This document shows positions 1 to 8,463 of a DNA stretch of 64,000 nt, one piece after another (positions within the stretch are counted from its first letter, which is position 1; every line of letters begins with the position of its first letter). The stretch is from Candidatus Shapirobacteria bacterium (GTDB lineage: Bacteria; Patescibacteriota; Microgenomatia; UBA12405). The position numbers were made by a program, and so were the translations under genes. The notes beneath the pieces were generated by a model that worked only from the letters and a program-made list of their open reading frames with translations, had not been told where the DNA came from and ran no database searches. The stretch spans positions 513 through 64,512 of the forward strand of contig JBAZYN010000002.1 of assembly GCA_041659325.1 (NCBI GenBank). The letters are read 5' to 3'.

Positions 1-45
1 TGAATACAGGAATTTTAAAGTACCAGATGAATCGACTTGATTCAT
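1..45 (-). CDS. 5' end of a gene running off the window (partial, unknown product)
   Basis: ATG at 45 on minus strand, TATAAT shortly upstream, open frame MNQVDSSGTLKFLYS to the window edge. Confidence 0.4.
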   Translation of the reverse strand, partial: MNQVDSSGTLKFLYS

Positions 46-99
46 AGTAGGGATATTATATAGTAGATTGCTAAAAAATACAGTAGGGAAAAGTTGGAA

Positions 100-534
100 T
101 TAGCCCTGATATCTTTTTAAATAGACAAGATGTTTTTTGGTAACGTACCCGTGAGGGAGGAGCTGTTTTAGAGAGGTGATTTTATGGACCCCATGAATAT
201 CGGAAATCACTACGTCAATATCTTTGTTGCTGATTTGATAGAACTGGGTTAAATATTGTAAACAAGCTCCGCAGGGATGGACCTGTTTAAAGTCCACGAC
301 ACAAATAGCTTTAATTTGATATTTACCATGAATAACGGCATGGTCGATTGCCGATCTTTCGGCACAAACTCCTAAACCGGTTATAACCGACTCGATAAGA
401 CAGCCCCCGAAGTATTCCCCATCGACCGTAAGTACCGAGGCACCAATTTTATGTTTTGATCTGACAGTGAATGATTTCGGACGCGATTCGGTTGCTACTT
501 TTATAAGAGTTGATATTTCGTCTTTTGTAAGCAC
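100..534 (-). CDS. cdd: cytidine deaminase
   Basis: CAERSAI and PCGAC zinc-deaminase motifs; start moved to GTG 534, which has TATAAT 6 nt upstream and avoids the recF overlap. Confidence 0.85.
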   Translation of the reverse strand: MLTKDEISTLIKVATESRPKSFTVRSKHKIGASVLTVDGEYFGGCLIESVITGLGVCAERSAIDHAVIHGKYQIKAICVVDFKQVHPCGACLQYLTQFYQISNKDIDVVISDIHGVHKITSLKQLLPHGYVTKKHLVYLKRYQG

Positions 535-541
535 TGGATTA

Positions 542-1603
542 TTATAACTGAATAATTTTGGCGGAAGGAAGGATAGAGACTGATTCCGGCTCGGAAGAAG
601 TGAATATTGTTTGATACCTTTGGCAAATTTTGCCAATGAGCTTTTGGTGGTTTTCGTCTAATTCCGAAAAGATATCGTCCAGAAGTAATATGGGTGATTC
701 CTGGTATTTGGTTTCAAGATAGTCTATTTGTCCTAGTCTAACGGTAAATGTGGCTAATCTTTGCTGGCCACGGCTGCCCCAACTGGCTAAATTCTTGTCG
801 GCAGAGTGAAAAACCGAATTATCAAAACTAAAATCATCGCGGTGAAGTCCGGATTGAGTGTAGCCACACTCAAGCTCCCGAGAATAATTTTGATCGATTT
901 TTTCTTGAGTAAGAAAAGAGGGGTAATAGTTTATGGAAATTGTGTTTATTTCCAGGTCGGGGTGATTTTGAAAAAAATTGTTGAGATGTTTTATGAAAGA
1001 TAGTCTAAAATCGTGGACTATTTTGTCATTTTTTGTCAGGGATTGATCCCAATAATAGAGTTCGGATTTATTATTTTTGCCACATCTGATTAGGTCTAAT
1101 AATTCGTTACGGTGTTTTAGGGCCCGATTGTATTGCGATAAGGCGGAGGAATAGCGCCATTCTGATTGCATAAATATTTCATCAAGGAAGTCGCGTCGAC
1201 GGCCGGGGGAGCCGGCTACTAGCCGAATATCGTCGGGGTGAAAAATTACAGTTTTAATCTGGCCGATAAACTCCTTCCGAAGTTTTTCGGCCCTATTGAT
1301 TAATAACTTACGGGTAACGGCAGTTTTGGCGGGATCGTTTGTTAGCTGAATCTCCAGTTCGCTGAGTTCATTGTTTGTAGACAGTTTACCCCTAACCGAG
1401 GAATACGACGAATCCCACATAATAAGTTTTGAGAGGGAGGTTGAGCGAAAACTCTTGCCGTGAGATAGGAGATAAATTGATTCCAGGATATTGGTTTTTC
1501 CGGAACCATTCGGACCAATAATGAGATTGGTTTTTGGATCGAATTCAAAAAGTGTTTTTTGATGAGACCGGAAATTTTCCAGGAGTAACTTGGTGAGAAA
1601 CAT
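542..1603 (-). CDS. recF: DNA replication/repair protein RecF
   Basis: Walker A GPNGSGKTN, GSPGRRRDFLD, SRGQQR signature, LLLDDIFSELD. Confidence 0.95.
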   Translation of the reverse strand: MFLTKLLLENFRSHQKTLFEFDPKTNLIIGPNGSGKTNILESIYLLSHGKSFRSTSLSKLIMWDSSYSSVRGKLSTNNELSELEIQLTNDPAKTAVTRKLLINRAEKLRKEFIGQIKTVIFHPDDIRLVAGSPGRRRDFLDEIFMQSEWRYSSALSQYNRALKHRNELLDLIRCGKNNKSELYYWDQSLTKNDKIVHDFRLSFIKHLNNFFQNHPDLEINTISINYYPSFLTQEKIDQNYSRELECGYTQSGLHRDDFSFDNSVFHSADKNLASWGSRGQQRLATFTVRLGQIDYLETKYQESPILLLDDIFSELDENHQKLIGKICQRYQTIFTSSEPESVSILPSAKIIQL

Positions 1604-1671
1604 TAAGGCAATTATACCTGCTTCGATGTTGTGGATGGTTTACATAACTTTGATTGTTCTATAATTACGAC

Positions 1672-2625
1672 ATGATAGACGTATTAAAAACAACAAAATA
1701 TGTAGCTGATAATTCAAAGTTGGTAAAAATCTCTACAAGAGCAATTGAAAAGCTGGTAAATAGTGTGCAGGAGAGTGAATTGGATTCGTTTGACTTGGGA
1801 TATTTTGGCTATAATTGGCCTTTTGATCTTCAGATGGAATTGGTTTTTATATTTAACGCTGTAAATTTTTGTTATTGGTCGGGAAAAGGCGAACAAAAAT
1901 GGACGGTTGAAATTGGAGGCAAGAAATTAGATGGGGCAATTGCTCTATTTAAATGCTTGGAGGAGGAGGCTAATAGAAATGACTCGTTTTTCCGACCGGA
2001 AACTCTGGCCAATTTAAATGAAAATGATTTAAAAAGAATTCTCAGGGGAAATGCAGAGATTCCATTGTTTGATGAGAGATTGGAATGTTTAAGAGAGTTG
2101 GGGCAAGTAACAAAAGACAGGTATGGCGACTATTTGAAAATTATTGAAAATAGCGAACATGACGCTATGAAACTAGTAGAAACAATAACTATTAATTTTC
2201 CGAGATTTAACGATGTTTCTGAATATAGTGGCAAAAGCATAGGGTTTTACAAGCGGGCACAACTGAATGTCAATATGATAAACAGTATCTTGGTATCTGT
2301 AGGACAAGCCCCAATGTTAAACATTGATAAGTTGACGGCATTTGCGGATTATAAAGTGCCACAGATACTTAGAGGGATGGGCATTGTCAAGTATTCAAAT
2401 ACATTGTCGAAAAAAATAGATGATTACGAGTTAATTCCCGTAAATTCAAGAGAAGAAGTCGAAATAAGGGCAAATACAGTTTGGGCGGTTGAGCTCATCA
2501 GAGAAGAATTAAGTAAGACGTTCCCCGTGACATCGCCTGAAGTTGACACTGTTCTTTGGACGAGATCGCAGAAAAAGGAACCCGGCGAAAAACCATATCA
2601 CCGGACACTAACAACGGCTTACTAG
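1672..2625 (+). CDS. queuosine salvage family protein (Qng1/DUF2419-like Q-nucleotide N-glycosylase)
   Basis: NFCYW, FYKRAQL, LTAFADYKVPQILR, EVEIRA and C-terminal PYHRTLTTAY motifs; ATG 1672 lies 6 nt after TATAAT. Confidence 0.85.
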   Translation: MIDVLKTTKYVADNSKLVKISTRAIEKLVNSVQESELDSFDLGYFGYNWPFDLQMELVFIFNAVNFCYWSGKGEQKWTVEIGGKKLDGAIALFKCLEEEANRNDSFFRPETLANLNENDLKRILRGNAEIPLFDERLECLRELGQVTKDRYGDYLKIIENSEHDAMKLVETITINFPRFNDVSEYSGKSIGFYKRAQLNVNMINSILVSVGQAPMLNIDKLTAFADYKVPQILRGMGIVKYSNTLSKKIDDYELIPVNSREEVEIRANTVWAVELIREELSKTFPVTSPEVDTVLWTRSQKKEPGEKPYHRTLTTAY

Positions 2626-2632
2626 AATTTTG

Positions 2633-2746
2633 GTCCGGAGAGTATCGGTAGCGTGGAACGAATTATTTGCTAACCTAATTTCCATCTACGAAACTCTTAA
2701 GCCTATTATACCTGAAGAAAAATTAGCTTTGGATTATTCCTATTAG
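2633..2746 (+). other. left att junction carrying the orphan 3' end of the serine recombinase gene
   Basis: Startless open frame VRRVSVAWNELFANLISIYETLKPIIPEEKLALDYSY* beginning at the GTC of the core, in frame with recombinase codon 557 (GTC at 10132). Confidence 0.75.
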
Positions 2747-2802
2747 GGATTACCAGTATAGTAATAGAACTATAATATAAAGAAGTGTTAATAGGACTGT
2801 TA

Positions 2803-3111
2803 TCAATAATTTTCAAATACGTCATACCAAGGGTAGGTAAGCCGAAGCATTCTTAAGCGCCGGAGAGGTCTAAGTGGTCGGAGAGGTCTAAGTGGTCGGA
2901 GAGGTCTAAGTGGTCTTAGCTTGAAAGGTTCCCCATAACGTTTTACAATCCTGTCATCTGAACTAACGTAACCAATAAATGACATGTCATTTGCACTGTA
3001 AACTTCATTACCGTTCAAGATAAAACCAATCCAATTGCATTCGGTATCAAACAGATAGTTTCCGTTAATAAAAGCAATATAGTTACCTGATGTATTAAAG
3101 ATATATCTCAT
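2803..3111 (-). CDS. small protein, 4-fold beta-flower-like, with PLR-repeat tail
   Basis: Repeated IFN..G.YI / LFD...NWIG / VYS....FIG beta-hairpin units followed by a Pro/Arg-rich tail. Confidence 0.55.
   Translation of the reverse strand: MRYIFNTSGNYIAFINGNYLFDTECNWIGFILNGNEVYSANDMSFIGYVSSDDRIVKRYGEPFKLRPLRPLRPLRPLRPLRPLRRLRMLRLTYPWYDVFENY
2861..2914. repeat. 3 x 18-bp tandem repeat (CGGAGAGGTCTAAGTGGT)
   Basis: Three exact copies; encodes (PLR)n on the minus strand. Confidence 0.95.
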
Positions 3112-3563
3112 TGTCTATCTCTTAATAAAGTAACCTGTGAATACAGATACAAAATACCCCCTATTACCATCATTACAATAGCACCCACAACCTGATAATC
3201 AGTCTTACCAATCGGAACACTGTGTTCAGAAGTTATAAAGTTAATTCCTATACCTATTAATATGGTTGCAAATAAATTTAAGACAACCGAATTGAGTGCT
3301 TTGTATTTATTAAGTTGGTAGTCGTTAGCGTATGTTTTTAAAGTCTCGTTCTCTGTTTCCAGTTGAGTAATTTTTGATTCGCAGTTTTTGGTATAAGTTA
3401 GAATTGTACTAGCTAATGGTCTATTGCCAGTTAAATCTTTAGCCTTAATCGTTCCTAAACTGGTTGGGTCAATACCTAAAGGACCGTTACTATTAGCCAA
3501 GGGAGGTGTGTTTGTTGTTTGAGGAGGAGTTACGGGGGGAATAATTGTTTTAGGTTTAGCCAT
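3108..3563 (-). CDS. coiled-coil plus two-TM membrane protein, hypothetical
   Basis: Pro/Thr-rich N-terminus, heptad segment, two C-terminal hydrophobic helices; 4-nt overlap with downstream ORF. Confidence 0.7.
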   Translation of the reverse strand: MAKPKTIIPPVTPPQTTNTPPLANSNGPLGIDPTSLGTIKAKDLTGNRPLASTILTYTKNCESKITQLETENETLKTYANDYQLNKYKALNSVVLNLFATILIGIGINFITSEHSVPIGKTDYQVVGAIVMMVIGGILYLYSQVTLLRDRQ

Positions 3564-3686
3564 TGTAATTATTTTACTCCATAATGGATATTTTTCTGGT
3601 TAGTAGGACTAATAGCATAAAGTATTAATAGCTATTAATACTCTATGGATTACGTAGGATTTGAGTTTTTGTGATATAAATGGCGT

Positions 3687-3869
3687 ATGGATGACGTATC
3701 AGGTTTTTTATCTTTACTTTTCATATTGGCTTTGTATTTACTGCCAACCATTATTGCTTTTTCAAAGCGGAAAAAGAATAAAGTAGCCATTTTCTTAACT
3801 AACTTTTTATTGGGCTGGACGGTATTAGGCTGGATAATTTCTCTAATCTGGTCGGTAACAAACGATTAG
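3687..3869 (+). CDS. superinfection immunity protein (T4 Imm-like)
   Basis: LYLLPTIIA..R....AIFL.NFLLGWTVLGWIISLIWS family pattern, 60 aa. Confidence 0.85.
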   Translation: MDDVSGFLSLLFILALYLLPTIIAFSKRKKNKVAIFLTNFLLGWTVLGWIISLIWSVTND

Positions 3870-3958
3870 AGCTGGACTACTAAATTAAGTAGATGAGGGG
3901 AAATTGGTAGATAATGTATATAATCAGAACTAGAGTTAAGGGTTAAAAAAATAATAAT

Positions 3959-5881
3959 ATGGACACCTATCAGGTATTACAAAAAATCTTTAAAAACCCC
4001 GAACAGGACCTTTTCATGTTTGATGACCTTTCCCAAATAAATATATATGAAAAAGGTGAAGGGATGTTTTATGTAAAAGCAATTTCAAAACTAGATGAAG
4101 AGAAATTGGTCTACAACGCCAAGACTGGAAAATCCGCACCTGAAGAAATTGTTAGACAACTATATTTAGTGCAACTTACAAAGCATTATAAATACCCTAA
4201 AAGTCTTATTGAGCTTGAGAAGCAAGTAAATTTTGGACGTGAGCAAAAACGAGCAGATATAGTGGTTTACAGGCCTGACGGCATTACCCCGAAAATAATA
4301 ATTGAGGTAAAAGCTCCAAGTGAGGACAATGATGTCCAGCAGTTAAAATCATATTTGAATGCTGAAGGGGCACCCGTAGGGGTTGCGTTGAATGGTAAAA
4401 CACGCCTTATCCTATACAGACCATATCCAAAAGATTTTGATGACACACTTGACGATATTCCTGCCTCTGATGAAGGGATAGAAGATGTTTTAGCAAAACG
4501 AAAAACTCTTAAAGATTTGAGAGATATTGAGCTAAAAGAAGTAATTGAAGAATTGCAAGAGCTGGTATTGGCTAACTCCGGAGCTGATGTATTTGACGAG
4601 ATTTTTAAACTGATATACGCAAAACTATATGATGAAAAAGAAGCTTTAACACGACCCAATCAAGAACTGTTTTTTAGAAAAAGCCCGACAGGAAACCCAT
4701 TAGAAACAAAGCGAATTATTGATGACCTTTTTGAAGGAGCTAAGAATGAATGGCCCGATATTTTTTCTAAGGATGACAATATTAAACTACGGCCAGAACA
4801 TCTTTCAGTTTGCATAGGAAGACTTCAGGAGGCAAGACTATTTGGTTCTAACCTCCGTATCATTGATGAAGCATTTGAATATTTACTGCCTGATGTTGCC
4901 AAGGGAAAGAAAGGTCAATACTTTACACCTCGTGTGGTGATTGATATGTGTGTTCAGATGCTTAATCCGCAGAAAAAGGAGTATGTGGTTGATACCGCCT
5001 GTGGGAGTGCAGGCTTCTTGGTCCATACAATGCAGTATGTTTGGAAAAACTTGCCAACCCCTGAAACTCATAGAGAATATGCTAGCAGGTATCTCTTTGG
5101 GATAGATTTTGATGAGAAGTCAACCAAAATTAGCCGAGCAATTATGCTTATTGCAGGAGATGGTAAAAGCCATATCTACAAGACAACCTCACTTGACTCT
5201 AGAGAATGGCCTGAACGGCTTAAAAGCGACCTGAATGACTTAGGTTTGGTCAGACATTTTGATAATTACGATACAGATAGAAACAATAGAGAAACTTTCC
5301 AGCAATTAGGCTTTGATGTACTGCTAGCCAATCCCCCTTTTGCTGGCGAAATAAAAGAAAAGAATTTGTTGGCTCAATATGTTCTAGGTAAGAACAGTAA
5401 AGGAAAACTCCAAAACAAAGTTGAACGCCATTATCTGTTTATTGAGAGGAATCTTGATTTTGTAAAGGCTGGCGGTCGTCTGGCGGTTGTTTTACCGCAA
5501 GGTATTTTTAACAATACGGGTGATGAATACGTCAGAAAATATATAATGCAAAAAGCTCGTATATTGGCGGTTGTAGGCCTGCATGGAAATTCATTTAAAC
5601 CTCATACAGGTACTAAAACGTCAATCATTTTCTTACAAAAATGGCGTGATGATGAGCTAGACCAAGGGGGTAACCCCACTACTCAAGATTACCCGATTTT
5701 CTTTGCCACACAAAAACAGTCATTCAAAGATAATAGTGGTGATTATATTTATGAAAAAGATAATGATGGTCAGTTAATAAAAGATGAGAGTGGTAATCCG
5801 AAATATCTAAGCGACCTTGATGAAATTGCTGATGCTTTTGTTGCTTGGGGTAAGGAGCAAAGTTTAAGTTTCTTTAAATAA
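3959..5881 (+). CDS. fused restriction endonuclease / N6-adenine methyltransferase (HsdR_N + N6_Mtase, type IIB/IIG-like)
   Basis: N-terminal PD-(D/E)XK (RADIVV...IIEVK), GQYFTPR, motif I DTACGSAGFL, motif IV NPPF. Confidence 0.9.
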   Translation: MDTYQVLQKIFKNPEQDLFMFDDLSQINIYEKGEGMFYVKAISKLDEEKLVYNAKTGKSAPEEIVRQLYLVQLTKHYKYPKSLIELEKQVNFGREQKRADIVVYRPDGITPKIIIEVKAPSEDNDVQQLKSYLNAEGAPVGVALNGKTRLILYRPYPKDFDDTLDDIPASDEGIEDVLAKRKTLKDLRDIELKEVIEELQELVLANSGADVFDEIFKLIYAKLYDEKEALTRPNQELFFRKSPTGNPLETKRIIDDLFEGAKNEWPDIFSKDDNIKLRPEHLSVCIGRLQEARLFGSNLRIIDEAFEYLLPDVAKGKKGQYFTPRVVIDMCVQMLNPQKKEYVVDTACGSAGFLVHTMQYVWKNLPTPETHREYASRYLFGIDFDEKSTKISRAIMLIAGDGKSHIYKTTSLDSREWPERLKSDLNDLGLVRHFDNYDTDRNNRETFQQLGFDVLLANPPFAGEIKEKNLLAQYVLGKNSKGKLQNKVERHYLFIERNLDFVKAGGRLAVVLPQGIFNNTGDEYVRKYIMQKARILAVVGLHGNSFKPHTGTKTSIIFLQKWRDDELDQGGNPTTQDYPIFFATQKQSFKDNSGDYIYEKDNDGQLIKDESGNPKYLSDLDEIADAFVAWGKEQSLSFFK

Positions 5882-5882
5882 T

Positions 5883-7310
5883 ATGGACTGGCAAACTATT
5901 GTCAAAGATAACAATTTAGATGTATCGGTTATAAATAGCTCTGATTTAAACGAGGACATTAGATTTGAAGCTGAATTTTATCGTCCAGAATTTATTCAAA
6001 TTGAAAACTTACTTAAGAAGAGAGGGGTTGAAAGCTATGGTTCTTTTATTAAAAATATACAATGTGGCCCTTTTGGCTCAACAATTCTTTCTGATTCTTA
6101 TGTTGAAAGTGGGGCGTATTTAGCTAGGCCATTTAATTTAAGAAATTGCGTAATTACTGATGATAATAGAGTGTATATTAGTGAAGAAGATTTGAAGAAT
6201 AAAAAGTTAAATGAATATAATAATGGTGATATATTTTTTTCAAGGGTGGGAGAGATAGCTTGTAGTTTAGTTTGGGGATTTGGAGAAAAAGATAAAGTAA
6301 CAATAAGCCCTAATATAATCGCGGTTAAAACTGACACAAAAAAATTGTCTCCATTTTACACAGTAATATTTTTTGAAACAAAATATGGTAAAGGGCAGAT
6401 GCTTAGGGCTCAAATAGTAGTTGCTCAACCGACCATATCTACCCAGCTTATTAAATCTTTGCTTATACCAATACCCTCAATTAATTTACAAAATTCTATA
6501 GAAAAAATATACAGAGCTTATGTTGTGGCATTAAAAAAATCTGCAGATAATTATAGGGAAGCGGAGAAGCTATTCCTAAAAGAAATTGGCCTTTTTGATT
6601 ATGAAGTAGGTGGAAAAAATATCTCTATCCGAAACTTTATAGATTGTTTAATTGAAGACCGTTTTGATGCCGAATATTGGCAACCAAAATATGACGAAAT
6701 GTTTTGTAAGATACGAGAAAAACCTTATAAGAAAATTGGTGATATTGCGAATGTTGAGACTGGTCAATATATAAGCGAATATGTTGAGAAAGGAGCTGAT
6801 ACCAAATCTTTTATCAGGGGTACGGATGTTTCTCAATACGAGATTGATACTAATAGCTTGCTGTTTGTCCGCGTATCTGACCAAAAGAAAAAACATGTTG
6901 CCAAAAAAGATGATGTAGTAGTCGCCAGAGTAGGTTCTATAGGCTTATGCGCACGCATACAAGATAACCTAGTAGGCTCTACCATTAGTGATAATCTTAT
7001 TGCTATTAGAACCAAGGCAGATATTGAGATGAGCTCATATTATCTTACGGTATATCTTAATAGCTTCGTGGGCCAAGAGTTTATGAAGCGCTTAAGTAGG
7101 GGTAGTGTTCAACAGCGTTTAAATCAAGAAACTCTAAAAGAATTACCTGTCCCGATTCTTGATATTGATATTCAATACAAAATAGAGAAAATGGTAATTG
7201 ATGGTCATTTAGCGAAAAATGAAGCTAAGGACCTTTTTGAAAAAGCTAAGCGAGCAGTAGAAATATTTATTGAACAAGATGAAGAAAAGGCCTTGAGTTT
7301 TATTCAATAA
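5883..7310 (+). CDS. restriction-modification specificity subunit S
   Basis: Two TRD halves each preceded by RF(E/D)AE(F/Y); GPFGS motif; directly downstream of the RM gene. Confidence 0.85.
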   Translation: MDWQTIVKDNNLDVSVINSSDLNEDIRFEAEFYRPEFIQIENLLKKRGVESYGSFIKNIQCGPFGSTILSDSYVESGAYLARPFNLRNCVITDDNRVYISEEDLKNKKLNEYNNGDIFFSRVGEIACSLVWGFGEKDKVTISPNIIAVKTDTKKLSPFYTVIFFETKYGKGQMLRAQIVVAQPTISTQLIKSLLIPIPSINLQNSIEKIYRAYVVALKKSADNYREAEKLFLKEIGLFDYEVGGKNISIRNFIDCLIEDRFDAEYWQPKYDEMFCKIREKPYKKIGDIANVETGQYISEYVEKGADTKSFIRGTDVSQYEIDTNSLLFVRVSDQKKKHVAKKDDVVVARVGSIGLCARIQDNLVGSTISDNLIAIRTKADIEMSSYYLTVYLNSFVGQEFMKRLSRGSVQQRLNQETLKELPVPILDIDIQYKIEKMVIDGHLAKNEAKDLFEKAKRAVEIFIEQDEEKALSFIQ

Positions 7311-7360
7311 ATCACCAAAAAAGTTGGATTTCTGAAAAAACATGACTTTCCCCAATATAC

Positions 7361-7414
7361 TTGACACGCAAGATACTGGTTGGTAATATATGAATTAGAC
7401 AGTGGTGTCTAATT
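7361..7414 (+). promoter_or_regulatory. sigma70 promoter plus palindromic operator upstream of the HTH gene
   Basis: TTGACA (7361)-17 nt-TAATAT (7384) with extended TG; perfect inverted repeat AATTAGACA-GTGG-TGTCTAATT at 7393-7414. Confidence 0.7.
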
Positions 7415-7415
7415 T

Positions 7416-8000
7416 ATGCTTTTTATTACTGATAATCTTCTAGCCAAGGCTTCGGAAACAATCAAGAAATGTAATCTTGGTGATATTTTCAATCAAAAAA
7501 AATACACGATAGCTGATACTCCCCTGTCATACAGGCAAGCTAATACTTTAGACAAGGACAAGTTACTAAATGATAATAGGACGGGTGGTAAAGGTTGGAG
7601 AAAATTTAGCTTTAAAGAATTGGTTTATATTGATATTGTCTTGGACCTTAAGAAATTTGGGGTTAAACATGAGCAATTAAAACAATTATGGCAATCATTC
7701 TTTAAAGAGCCTGATGGTTTATTGGTCCCTAGTTTAGTACCAAATAGAGGAGAATCGGAAATAGCAATTTCTAGCGTGTTTGGTGGTGTTGAAATGGTTC
7801 TTTGTATAGATAGTGATGGAGAAATATTATATTTTGACCCTCAATTTTCTACTAAGTATAGTCAAAGCTCCAAGCCACTGATACGGGTTAGTTTAAATGT
7901 GGTAATTAATAAAATTATTAAACTAATAATTAAAGAGGAATTACCGGTGGAGGATTCAATCAAAAAATTAATAGTTGAGTACAAACTGATAGAAAAATAA
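7416..8000 (+). CDS. MerR-like HTH DNA-binding protein
   Basis: YTIAD..LSYRQANTLDKDKLL...R.GGKGWRKFSFKELV winged-HTH pattern. Confidence 0.65.
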   Translation: MLFITDNLLAKASETIKKCNLGDIFNQKKYTIADTPLSYRQANTLDKDKLLNDNRTGGKGWRKFSFKELVYIDIVLDLKKFGVKHEQLKQLWQSFFKEPDGLLVPSLVPNRGESEIAISSVFGGVEMVLCIDSDGEILYFDPQFSTKYSQSSKPLIRVSLNVVINKIIKLIIKEELPVEDSIKKLIVEYKLIEK

Positions 8001-8287
8001 TATGAATCCCAAAAAAATATTAAATATTGAAAATTTACATTCAATAATTAATGGACATTTTACGCCACTATTTAAGCTCAGTTTACAAATTTTAGTCTAA
8101 AAATAATAAGTAAGAATAAATAAATAATTATCAATTTAGGCCAAGATTGTAACTCCTTTACTTAGGCAAGGCCGGCTGACAGCTACTAGTTCTTTTTGAA
8201 AGAATTGAGAAGGAACCAATCAACACATAATTTGTGTTGGTTGGCGAGTCATTTCTTAACCACACACAGATAGTGAGGTTTAAGAAT

Positions 8288-8458
8288 ATGACAGTTAATA
8301 GAGCAAGAAAAATACTAGGAAATATGGCAAAAGACTACTCTGACGAGCAGGTCATGAACTTGGTTAAGCAAGTCAAAGCTCTAACTGATATTTGTGCAGA
8401 AAATATAAATAAAAGGATGAAAAACGAAGGAGTTAGTTTTTTATATAAAGTAAAATAA
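8288..8458 (+). CDS. small helical protein upstream of the recombinase (candidate directionality factor)
   Basis: MTVNRARKILG...SDEQV; ends 5 nt before the recombinase start. Confidence 0.55.
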   Translation: MTVNRARKILGNMAKDYSDEQVMNLVKQVKALTDICAENINKRMKNEGVSFLYKVK

Positions 8459-8463
8459 AAGAA

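Noticed and set aside
2861-2914. Possible CRISPR array
   Set aside because: Repeats are contiguous with no spacers, lie in frame within a CDS, and no cas genes are present
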